A DNA stretch of 64,000 nt from Dictyostelium discoideum (taxonomy: Eukaryota), in assembly GCA_000004695.1 (NCBI GenBank), contig CM000151.3, positions 5,536,001 to 5,600,000 on the forward strand. Reading direction: 5' to 3'. Position numbers and translations under genes: made by a program. The notes under the pieces are model-generated. The model saw nothing but the letters and a program-made list of their open reading frames with translations. It made no database searches and had not been told where the DNA came from. This document shows positions 15,659 to 27,057 of the stretch, piece after piece. The number at the start of each line of letters is the position of its first letter. Positions within the stretch are counted from its first letter, which is position 1.

Positions 15659-16806
15659 GTTATTATTATTATTATTATAATTGTTATTATTTGATGAAGT
15701 TGTAGTTGTAGTAGTTGTAGTTCTTGTGGTTGTTGTTGTTGTTGTGGTTCTTGGTAAATTAATTTGTTGACCATTTAAATTCGTATTAAAAGCATCAGCT
15801 GAAGGAATTATTGGATTATTATTTGAAGTTGAATGAGAAGGTCTATCAAAAGTAATGTTAACTTGAGTAGCACTACGTTTTTGATTTTTTGACATTTTAC
15901 TTGTATCTAAATGAGTTGAGATTTCATGAGATTTCAAAGAGTATTCATCAGGGAAAACTATGAATTTCTTTTCTAAACATTCTGGATGCATACATGGAAA
16001 ATGTTCATCATTGAAATGATGACGAATCTTTGGATAATCACTGAAATATTGATAGAGTAAACCTTTACTTTCACAAACAAAACAAGAGAAATGCATCTTG
16101 TTCAAATGATCATAGAGTTGATCATTGCCATAATAGTATTTGTTACAGAATTTACAAGCTGGATGACCCTTTTTCTTACCAACGATTGTAATACCCGCAC
16201 CACCATCCCATTCAGACATATGAATGGGTAATTTCTTTGGATCGTATACATTTTGTTCCGCTAGGAATACTTTTCTATCGGCTAAACAAATTTGACAAAA
16301 CATTAAAGCGTGCTCAGTGGTTAGATGGAGTTCTAACTTTTTGATCGATGGTAAATGTGCATTACAAACTTGACAAATCGGTTCCCAAAGTCTTGCTAAT
16401 GATTTCTCAAATTCTGCATCGGTGCAATAGGCATTCAATCTACCATTGAATGCTAATTTAGATTTATCATATTCTTCAAATTTCTTCTCCTTGTCTTTGG
16501 TGATAATGATAGTCTTTGATTCGGTTTTACAAATACAACATTTCATCTCCTTATAGAGTTCTCTTTGTCTAAGTAAACAAAATGAACAAACTTCAACATG
16601 TTCACAAATACCCTTACCATAGAATACTATTGGATCACAACATACTATACAATTATCTGTTATTGGTGGTTCTGATTCAAATCTTTTCATATCTAATAAT
16701 GTTGAGAAACTTTTATCACTAAAATATTCTAAAATCTTAGTTGGTACAACTGATTGATTATTATTCGTTGATGTTGTTGTTGTTGTTGTAGTTGTGGTTT
16801 GTTTTC

Positions 16807-16839
<33 letters not shown>

Positions 16840-17308
16840 TGTTATTATTGTGACTATGTCCATGACCATGTGCATGACCATGACCATGACCATGGGCATG
16901 ATTATGTCCATGACCTTGTCGGTGTCCATGACTATGATTATGATTATGACTATGACCATGTCCACCTCTATGTTGTTTTTTTTCATTTGATTCATTTGAT
17001 TCATTTGATACTGATTCATTGTTATTATTATTATTATTATTATTATTAGCATCAGGATTTGATGCTTTTGGTTTTGAATTTCTATGATTTTGTGGTTTTG
17101 GTGGTGGTTTCACACTTTCAGCATTTTCAAGTTGAGATGGTTTTGGTTGCTTTGGTTTATCTGTCTTTGGTTTATCTGTTTTTGGTTTATCTGTTCTTGG
17201 TTTATCTGTTCTTGGTTTTTGTTGTTTCTGTTGTTGTGGTTGTTGTTGTGGTGGTGGTTTATTATCACCAGTTGATGTGGTTGTAGTAGTAGTGGTTGTT
17301 GACTCCAT
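14573..17308 (-). CDS. ZNF598/Hel2-like RING-type E3 ubiquitin ligase (ribosome quality control) with an N-terminal His-rich tract and KP(K/R)TD repeats
   Basis: The RING segment CIVCCDPIVFYGKGICEHVEVCSFCLLRQRELYKEMKCCICK is followed by C2H2-like fingers (LELHLTTEHALMFCQICL..., HPACKFCNKYYYGNDQLYDHLNKMHFSCFVC). This matches ZNF598 architecture. There is a (HGHxH)n tract at ~16860-16970 and a 15-nt-period repeat at ~17150-17230 encoding KPKTDKPRTD. The ATG is genuine (cat 17306-17308). Confidence 0.65.
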
Positions 17309-17325
17309 GTTAAAGCTTGATGTTA

Positions 17326-17366
<41 letters not shown>

Positions 17367-17757
17367 TTTAACTTTTATAAAATTTAATATATTGATACTA
17401 ATTAGTATAGTACTATTTTTTTTTTTTTTGAAGATGGGGATAAAAAAAAAATGAAAAAAAAAAAATCTTTTTTTTTTAATTTTTTTTTTTTTTATAAAAA
17501 ATTTGATTTTATTTTTATTTTCTTTTTTTTTTTTTATTTATTTCTCAAAAAAAAAATAATAAAAAATAATAAAAAATAAATAAAAAATAAATAAAAAATA
17601 AAAAATAAATAAAATAAAAAACTAAAACAAAAAAATATATATATATATAAAAATAAATAATAAATTATTGAAAAATATAAAAAAAAAAGGATGCCCAAAA
17701 AAAAAAATAAAAAAATAAAAAAATAAAAAAAAATAAAAATTATATGAAAAATAAATT

Positions 17758-17771
17758 TGTGTGGGCTAAAA
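17758..17771 (+). promoter_or_regulatory. GC-containing 14-mer TGTGTGGGCTAAAA (copy 1) in an otherwise >90% AT context
   Basis: Exact repeat of the motif at 18884-18897. This copy lies ~25 nt past the PEBP stop codon. Confidence 0.25.
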
Positions 17772-17794
17772 AAAAATAAAATAAAATAAAAAGT

Positions 17795-18007
17795 TTATTT
17801 ATTTATTTGATTTGTTTTTTCTTTAGAATCTATTAATTCGGTCAATAATTTTTCAACAGAATCATCATATTCACATTCAAAGTAATTTATTCCTTCAACA
17901 GTTAAATTCCATTTTTTAATAAATTGTTCTGAATTCCAATCTTTTCTTTTTTCCATACTTTTTTTATATGAAAAATATTTGTTAGTTAATTCTTCTATTA
18001 GCAATCT

Positions 18008-18062
<55 letters not shown>

Positions 18063-18523
18063 AACAACACTTACTTAAATGGTATTTTAAATTCACCAAT
18101 AAAATCTAATTTTGAAGGTTGTTTACATAAAATGAATATATAACGATGTAAACCAGTACCTATTAATGGTAGTGGTTGTATATATTTTACAAGTTCATCA
18201 GATTTTGAAATATTATTACCCTTTATATTAACTAATATCCATTGTTTAAATTCACCTTCCAATCTATTGATTTTGGATGGTTCATCAACTGATACTAAAA
18301 TTAAAGTAAAATATTGATTTTCTTCACTTCCATCTTGATTTAATAAATATTCAATTGTTGGTTTATCTTTTACTGCTATTGGTGTTAATTTATCTGACAT
18401 ATCTATATAACGAATTCCATATTTAACTTTTAAAGATCTATTTGGTAATGAATTAATAATATTTGGTATTATTTGATTTGTTTTTAATTTTTCTATCTCT
18501 TCAATAAATGATAAATCACCCAT
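17795..18523 (-). CDS. phosphatidylethanolamine-binding protein (PEBP); complement(join(17795..18005,18075..18523))
   Basis: Exon 1 carries the PEBP core GTGLHRYIFILCKQ and ends ...IPF + AA with donor GTAAGT (18074-18069). The intron is a 69-nt poly-A run. Exon 2 carries the C-terminal PEBP motif RKDWNSEQFIKKWNLTVEGINYFECEYDD. An alternative acceptor at 17958 (aaaaag|TATGG) is also phase-compatible and would shorten the linker. Confidence 0.7.
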
Positions 18524-18584
18524 TATTATTATTATTATTATTTTTTAAATATTTATTGTGTTATTTTTATTTTTTTAAATTAAA

Positions 18585-18617
<33 letters not shown>

Positions 18618-18883
18618 ATTAAATTTATAATAATTAAATTTTTTATTTTTTTATTTTTTTTTTTTTATTTTATAATAATTTTTTAATTTTGGTGTTCAAA
18701 ATTCTGTTAACATTATTTTTTTTTTTTATTTCTCTTTGCAAATAAACCACTAATAACTAATAAAAAATTTTATTTTTTTATTTATTTTTATTTTTTTTAT
18801 TTACTAGTAAAAAAATAAAATAAAAATAAATAAAAAAATAAATAAAAAATAAAAAAAAAAAACAACAAAATTTTAAAATAAAA

Positions 18884-18897
18884 TGTGTGGGCTAAAA
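18884..18897 (+). promoter_or_regulatory. GC-containing 14-mer TGTGTGGGCTAAAA (copy 2), ~65 bp upstream of the FAD-oxidase ATG in the divergent PEBP/FAD-oxidase intergenic region
   Basis: Exact 14/14 match to the copy at 17758-17771. Its position is consistent with a promoter element. Confidence 0.3.
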
Positions 18898-18963
18898 TAA
18901 TTTTTTTTTTTTTTTTTTTTATTATTAATCTTCTCCTCTTCCCCTATTTATATAACAAATAAT

Positions 18964-19329
18964 ATGGAAATAGAAATTTTTAGAAAAAAAATTAAAGGAG
19001 AAGTCTATGAAAGAAATAGCAAAGAATATGAAAGTTCTCTTTTGGACAGATGGAATCTTGACGCTCTCACAATAAATAAACCAAAATTAATAGTGATAGT
19101 AAAAAATGAAAATGATATTATTAATTCAATTAAATTTTGTAAAGAAAATAATATTGAAATTGCTATAAAAAGTGGTGGACATGGATTTCATAGTGTAACT
19201 ATTTTTTTTTTTACAATAAAAAATTTATCTCGTCCTTTTCATAATTTATTTTTTATTATTTCTGACTTAAAATTAATTAATTTTTTATAAAAATAATAAA
19301 AAATTATCTCCTCCTCCCCACCCCATATC

Positions 19330-19367
<38 letters not shown>

Positions 19368-20557
19368 GAATTGTAAAGGATTACTTTTAGATTTAAATTT
19401 ATTAAAAGGTTTAAAGTATAATGATTATGAAAAAACAGTTACGATTGAATCAGGATGCAGATTAGGAGAAATGGATAAAGAGAATCAAAAACATGGTTAT
19501 ATTATACCATCGGGTATTGTTTCAGATACTGGTGTATTTGGATTAACATTAGGTGGTGGTATTGGTCATTTATCAAGAAGTTATGGTTTAACATGCGATA
19601 ATTTATTAGAAGCAAAACTAATAACATGTGATGGTGAAATTAAAATTATAAATAAAGAAACTGATTCACAATTATTATGGGCATTAAAAGGTGCAGGATC
19701 AAATTTTGGTGTTGTCACAGAGTTGAAATTTCAATTACACAAATTAAATAAAATATTCGTTTTAAAAAGTTTAATTGGAATTAATGAAAATCAATCATCT
19801 TCATCATCATCATCACCACCACCACCACCACCATCACCAATATTTGAAAAATTGAAGAAATTATGTGAATTTATAAAAGAAAATCAAAAAATTAATCAGT
19901 TTTCAGTTACAATAATAATTAATTCAAAAGAGTTAATAGTATACTCAATTTATAATGGAGATTATGGTAATGAATATTTAAATAATATGAATTGTTTAGT
20001 TTTTAATGAACCAAGAAAAGAAATTCAACCAGAGGATTATACAATTTTACAACAATTTTGTGACAAGGAATTACCACGTTCTAAAAGATATTATAAAAGA
20101 GGTATTTTTATTAAAGGTGAATTAGAATTTGAATTACTTAATAAAATGATCCAATCATTTAATAATCATCCAATTAAAGATGGTTTATCTTATACGATAT
20201 CACAATTGGGTGGAGTTTTTAATAATCAAATTTATAATAATAATTCATCATTTTCATTTAGAAAATCGTTATATCATATATCATTTTTAACTACACTACC
20301 TATTGATAATGAATATCAACAAAATCTATTTAATAATAATAATTGTATTATTGAAGATAAACTTAAAATCAAAGTTTATGATTGGACAAACAAAACATTG
20401 GATTTATTTTCAAATTTAAAAATTGGTGATTATTCAAATATTAATGATACGTTTTTATCAACAGATAATTATTATGGTGAAAATAGTAAAAAATTAAAAG
20501 AATTAAAATTAAAATATGATCCAAATAATTTTTTTAATAATAATCCAAATATTAATT

Positions 20558-20559
<2 letters not shown>
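18964..20559 (+). CDS. FAD-linked oxidoreductase, berberine-bridge-enzyme (BBE)-like; join(18964..19194,19369..20559)
   Basis: Exon 1 ends ...IAIKSGGHGFHS (FAD-binding PCMH motif) with donor GTAACT. A 174-nt intron ends tttttaag. Exon 2 is in phase 0 (NCKGLLLDLNLLKG...GYIIPSGIVSDTGVFGLTLGGGIGHLSRSYGLTCDNLL). The C-terminal KLKELKLKYDPNNFFNNNPNI is a BBE-domain signature. Confidence 0.8.
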
Positions 20560-20597
<38 letters not shown>

Positions 20598-21967
20598 ATA
20601 AAGAAATAAAAAATTTGTTTTAAATAATAAATAATTTTTTTTTCTAAAGGATTTATTTTATATTACAATTTTATATACATGTTTTTTTATATTAAATTAA
20701 ACACTTCAATTTAATATATATTATATATTATATTAATTATTTTTTTAGCAATTCCATAATGGACGACTATAACTAAAGACTGAATATGGATTAATTGTAG
20801 TTTTATTTGATGAAAATTCTAAATTATTATTTTCATTATCATTATTAATTTTATTATTTAATGATTTTGATGAATTTGATAAAGAAATGATTGATTCTAA
20901 AAATAAAAAAAAAAAATAAATAAAAAAATGTTAATATAAATTTTTATTTTTATTTTTTGTTAATTAATTAAAAAAAATGTGTACATACTGAATAACATTT
21001 TAAAATTAAGTGTGTTAAAGTGTGGGATTTGGGGATATTAAAATTAAAGTAAAAACTTTTTTTTTTTTTTAATGAAACTATAGTAAACTAATATTAGTTT
21101 TAATAATATTTGTTTGTTATGATATTTTTAATATATTTTGAAATGATGATTAATAATTTTTTTTCATTTCTCTATTTATAGTTCCCCATTTATTACACAC
21201 CTAAATTTAGTTAAAAAATGATGTTTATTTGCCATGCTCAATGTATTCTTTGAATAAATTGTATGGTTTAAATTATTATATGGTATTTTGTAAGTAAAAG
21301 TTGATGCAAACAAATTTAATTCAAAATTAAATAAATTTTAAATGACTTTATAAATTTAATAAGATATTTTTTTAAATTTTATTTATAATTTTTTAATGAT
21401 TTCCGAGGTGACAGTTTGGTGATCATTTTATTTTTTTATTTTTTTTTATAAATTAAATATATGTACAACAAGTATAAATTTAATTATTTCATTAATTTTT
21501 TTATATATTATTATATAATTATTTTGTTTATATGATTTACTTGTTAAATTGATTAAAAAATAAAATAAAATAAAATTTTTTTTTTTTTTTTTTTTTTTTT
21601 GGAAAAAACACACTCACACAAGTAAAGATTTTATTTTATTTAATTTTATATTTTTAAAATTAATTTATTTAAATAAATAAAATTAAAAAAAATGTAAAAA
21701 AAAAGGGTGATAATTAATATAGTGTCATTGAATATTTACAAATTTTGAATTGAATGTTGACGAAATAATACTTGTTTCCAAAAGGACCAAAGAAATTATT
21801 TGAATTTATTGTTGGCATCATATCTAAAATATCAAATTGTTTAAAAAACATTGTTGTCGATATTATAAATTTAAATTTAAATTGTCAATTAATAAGAGTG
21901 TGGTGAAAAAGTTTTTATAATTTTTTAATTAAATTGATGTTTTCAATTTGGTTGACCCCATTTGTAT

Positions 21968-22048
21968 ATTGTATGGCACCATTTAATTGGATTTTAAAAA
22001 TCAATATTAGATTGTGTTGAGTTTAACTGTCCGATGGTGCCATACAAT
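21968..22048. repeat. 15-bp perfect inverted repeat ATTGTATGGCACCAT ... ATGGTGCCATACAAT with a 51-bp spacer (potential hairpin/cruciform)
   Basis: The arms at 21968-21982 and 22034-22048 are exact reverse complements. Confidence 0.7.
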
Positions 22049-23214
22049 GATTTTAACAAATTTAAATAAATTTAATTTAGAAAAGATGTTTTTTCAATCA
22101 CTAGATTAATCAATGATATGATGATATCAACAATAATATATAATTCAATTATTCAATTATTAAATTTTTTAATGATGTTATCATTATTTTAATTTAAACT
22201 AATTGCATCATTTATTATAATGATTTCATTTTTTCAAACAAATCAAGAAAGGAAGGTAAATAATGTTGCTAGATATTTTTTATTTGTAAATTATCCCCAT
22301 TTATTAAACAATCATTAAATGATATCATATTTTTATTATTTTTATTATTTTTAAATAAATGACACCATTTTAAAGAGGATTGGATTATTATTATTTGTAA
22401 ATTGTTTTTAAAATCTATTATAAACCAATCCAATGATTAATTGATTATCAATGATAATAAAAAATTAAATAATAGATTATAATCTTTTAGAATTTATTTT
22501 TTATATTTTTATTTTTAATTTTATTATATTCTTTAATATTAATACTATTATTTTTTTTTTTTTTTTTTTTTTGTTAATTTCTTTTTTTTTTTTTTTTTTC
22601 ATTTTCATTTTTCATTTTCATTTTCATTTATCATATTTTCAAAAAATTTATTTAACTAGGTAACATCAATAGTCCATAATATTATTATTTTATATCAATT
22701 AAAAAAATAAAATAGGGAACTATAAAAAACATAAAATTCAATATGTTATAAAATTAAATTAATTTTCATTTCAACCTTCAGTTAATTAAAAATTAATGAT
22801 CACGAATAGTTTGTTTTTTAAAAGATGATAATTATTGGTATAAAAAAAAAAAAATAGGGTGATAAAAAAAAAGAATAAATTAAAAATATGAAAATAGAAA
22901 TTTTTAAAACACAAGATATGTTTTATAAAAATAAAAAAGGAAATATTTCAAAAACTATAACAAAAATGGAATATAAACAATTTCAATAACACATGTGGTA
23001 AAACTATATTTTAAAAAAAATTGGAATATTTTAATTTGTTCAACCACATTGAATTTTCCAGTCATATTAAAAAATAAAAATTATTTTATATGGTTGATTA
23101 TCATTTTAATATTATCTATTTTTAATCAATTTTCAATATCACCCACAAATCAATAAAAAATAAATAAATCAAGTTATAACATAAAATTTTAAAAAAAAAC
23201 AAATAAAATTATAC

Positions 23215-23995
23215 CCTTGATAACATAATAAAACCGAATACTTTCCTTGTTGTTAAATGTGTGTGTGTGTGGGGTATATGTGTGAGTGTGTTAAAGAAAG
23301 TGTGGGAAGGAAAGTGTGGTTATTTACTTTTATTTTATATGATTATTTTATAAAAATCAAATTTAATTCAAAATTAAATAAATTTAAATTGTATTAGATA
23401 TGTTGTCAACACCCATTTTACAAATTATCAAATGAAATTAAAGAGGTATTAAAGCGTCATTTCGAAAATCCAATAAACAACAATATAAATAGAGAATTTA
23501 ATATTTTTTTTAATCATTCAATTCAAAAACAATTAAATAAAAACATTAAAAAAAAACTATAGTTTTTTAAAAAATTATTTATTACATTATTTATTTAAAT
23601 AAAAACTTTCATTGTCAAATTTTTAAAATATTAAAATAAAATGTTATTCAGTATGTGTTCTTTTTATTTGAAAATAAAATAAATTAAAATAAAATTAAAT
23701 AAAATATTAACATCTTTTTTTTTTTTCTAAAGAATCATTAAATCAATTATTCAACTCTTCATTATCATCAATGAATTCATCATCAGTTGTAAATTCATCA
23801 TCAACATTAAATGTTTCATTTGATTTAAATTCCATTCAAGGTACAAATAAATATTATAACAGTATTTTTACTCGTCCACAAATGTATCAATGTTTAAAAC
23901 ATATATATATTAATATATAATTAAAAAAAAAAAAAAAAAAAATTAAAAAATTAACACTTGGTCGACTTAAACAAAACTGTATAACTTTATAAATA
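23215..23995 (+). repeat. copy 1 of a ~0.78-kb dispersed repeat (GT-rich head gtgtgagtgtgttaaagaaagtgtgggaaggaaagtgtgg, an internal exon-like ORF, tail aacacttggtcgac)
   Basis: About 90% identical over its length to 24465-25265 in the same orientation. Degenerate pieces of it also occur at ~21000-21050 and 21295-21360. Confidence 0.7.
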
Positions 23996-24464
23996 AAAAA
24001 AATTAATTTATTAAAAAAAAAAAAAAAAAAAAAAAACTATATTTATTTATTCTTTTAATTATTTTTCTTTTTTAAAAATTAAAAAAAAAAAAAGAAATTA
24101 TTATTTGAAATTATATTGTGTCTTTGTTAATCAATGAAAATAAATCATAACTTAATTTGGAGCTAATTAATGCTTTCTTATATTAAAATTCATTTCTTAT
24201 TTTTTATATTCATAACGTTTCTCAAAATCATTAGCATTATTTGAAATAAAATTTTAAATAAAAAATATGGCACATTATAAAAAAAAAAAAAAGTTAAATT
24301 GTTTTATTATAATTATTATTAGTTCATTCCAAATTCTAAAATGATAATTATAAAAAAAAATATATATATATGTTTATAAAATAAAAACCAGGAATAAAAA
24401 AAAATGATGAATTTCAGAGTAAAACCTATTTTTAACTGACTACACCATAAATAATAATATATAA

Positions 24465-25265
24465 AACTTGTGATATTTTGAATAAAACCGAAAACATTCC
24501 TTGTGATGTCTTTATTTTTTGTGTGAGTGTGTTAAAGAAAGTGTGGGAAGGAAAGTGTGGTTATTTACTTTTATTTTATATGATTATTTTATAAAAATCA
24601 AATTTAATTCAAAATTAAATAAATTTAAATTGTTTTAGATATGTTGTCAACACCCATTTTACAAATTAATAATTATAATCAAAGAGGTTTAATAAGTGTC
24701 ATTTCAAAAATCAATAAACAATAATATAAATAGAGAAATTAATTTTTTATTTTAATCATTCAATTCAAAAACAATTAAATATTAAACAACTAAAAACAAA
24801 AAAAACTATATTTATTTATTTATTTATTTATCTTTTTTAATAAAAAAAAAAAATTTCATTGACAAATTAATTAATTAATTTTAAAAACAAAAAAATAAAA
24901 AATTATAAAATGTTATTCAGTATGTATTAATATATTTTTTAAAAATAATTAAAAAAATAAAAAAATAAAATATTAACATTTTTTTTTTTTTTTTCTTTTT
25001 TATAGAATCATTAAATCAATTATTCAACTCTTCATCATCATCATCAATGAATTCATCATCAGTTGTAAATTCATCATCATCATCAACATTAAATGTTTCA
25101 TTTGATTTAAATACCATTCAAGGTACAAATAAATATTATAACAGTATTTTTACTCGTCCACAAATGTATCAATGTTAAAAACATATATATAAATATATAA
25201 CTATAAAAAAAAAAAAAAAAAAAAGAAAAAATAACACTTGGTCGACTAAAACTGTACATATATTA
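24465..25265 (+). repeat. copy 2 of the ~0.78-kb dispersed repeat
   Basis: Aligns with 23215-23995, with only small indels in multiples of 3 inside the TCA-rich exon-like segment. Confidence 0.7.
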
Positions 25266-25390
25266 AATTAATAAAATTATTTAAAAACTATACTTTAAAT
25301 TCTTTTCTTCTTCTTTTTGATATTTTTTAATTTTAATTTTTTCATTTTTTTTTATTATTACTTTTTTTTTTTTTATTTTATATAAATTAT

Positions 25391-25996
25391 TTAAAAACCT
25401 AAACCTCTTAACCAAGTTAAAACTGTTTTACCATGATTACCTTGGATACGAATACAAGAATCACGTTTGCTAACATTTGATCTTCCAAAAATACATCCAA
25501 GCTCTTTTACTATAACCTATAGGTTGTTGTTGTTGTTGTTGTTATTGTTGGTTTGGGTGTGTTAATTAACATATATATATATATATAGATATATATATGA
25601 TTTAAAAAAAAAGAATCAAAACAAACTTACATCTGAATCACCTTGATAACCTTTTAAAATTGTATAGACAACACTATGGCCTCTTAAAATATCTGTATAA
25701 ATTGGTAATTTATCATTTTTAGTTCTATTTACAATGAATGGAATATCTGGATGTGTAAGTTCAGATGATTTTGGTCCATATAATACATCTGATGTAATTG
25801 GTTGAATTGGATATTGTAATGGATTGGTTAACTTGATTTCAAATAATTTATTTTCTCTTGGTGGGATCACTTGTTTTTCATTGTCTGGATTTCGAATGAG
25901 TCTATGTTTTGATACATGACTTGTATATGATCTAAACATCATTTGTGTTGTTTTTGAAACATTGTTAATATTTAATGAAATTAAATTTCTTAACAT
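25391..25996 (-). CDS. mitochondrial ribosomal protein L49 (Img2 family); complement(join(25391..25516,25631..25996)), 163 aa
   Basis: Exon 1 ends ...KLPIYTDILRGHSVVYTILKGYQGDSD (Img2 core) with donor GTAAGT. A 114-nt intron ends cctatag. Exon 2 reads VIVKELGCIFGRSNVSKRDSCIRIQGNHGKTVLTWLRGLGF*, matching the Img2 C-terminus. The N-terminus looks like a mitochondrial presequence. Confidence 0.7.
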
Positions 25997-26179
25997 TTCT
26001 TCCTTTTTTTATTATATCCTCAAAATAATAATATTATAAAATATGATAAAAAATAAAAAATAAAAAATGAAACGAAAAAAAAAAAATAAAAATAAAAAAA
26101 AAAAATAAAAAAAAAAAAAGTAAAAAAAATGAAAATGAAAAAAATTTTTTTTTTTTTTGATCATTTTTTGTCGAGCCAC

Positions 26180-26226
<47 letters not shown>

Positions 26227-26776
26227 TAAAAATAAAAACAATAATGGATTAGTAATAAAATCAAAAATGGCAAATAATAATAAAAAACAATAATGAATTA
26301 AAATAATTTTGATACTTACACAATAATAATCATGATTTTAAAAGAAGTTCAATATTTTCTAAATTTAGACTAAAAATCATTTTACAAAAAAAAAAAATAA
26401 AAAAAAAAAATAAAAAAAAAAAAGAAAATAATAGAGATCTCAATTTAGTAATCTCAGCCCATTTTTTTTTTTTTTTTTTAAATCCCAAAAAAAAAAAAAA
26501 AAAAAAAAAAAAATTTAATAAAAAAAAAATAAAATAAAAATAAAAATAAAATAAAAAAAAAAATTATTTTTTAATATTAAAAAATTTTAATTTTAATTTA
26601 ATTTAATTTTTATATTTTTTTTTTTTTTTTTAATTATTATTTTTTTTTTTTTTTATTATTATTTTTTTTTAAATTTTATATTTAAATAAACACACATACC
26701 TATGTTAGTAATCACCATAAATAATAATAATAAAACAATAAATAATTAAAAAAAATAAAAAAATAAAAAAAAATTT

Positions 26777-26975
26777 ATGGACGAACATAATAATAGTAGT
26801 ACCATTATTATCAGCAATAATGTTTCACAAGATAGAATTGAAACATCACAAGAAAGAAGAAGTAGTAGAAGAAGAGTAATTTTAAATAGTAACAACAATG
26901 AAATTTTCAGTCACCAAGAGGATTTGAGTACTCAACAAGGAGAATATATATTGGATTCATCTTTTAGAAACAGGG

Positions 26976-27057
<82 letters not shown>

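Noticed and set aside
16729-17286. Several overlapping ORFs on both strands inside the ZNF598-like gene
   Set aside because: They are alternative-frame or antisense readings of the His-rich and KPKTD repeat DNA. The long minus-strand frame is the only one with recognisable domains.
22887-22990. Short ORF MKIEIFKTQDMFYKNKK… resembling the FAD-oxidase start MEIEIFRKK
   Set aside because: The similarity is limited to ~7 residues of AT-rich codons. The ORF terminates after 34 codons with no FAD-binding motifs, so a chance match is likely.
26034-26273. Minus-strand ORF (poly-Y/F)
   Set aside because: It is a pure homopolymer or (ATT)n-derived translation in intergenic DNA.
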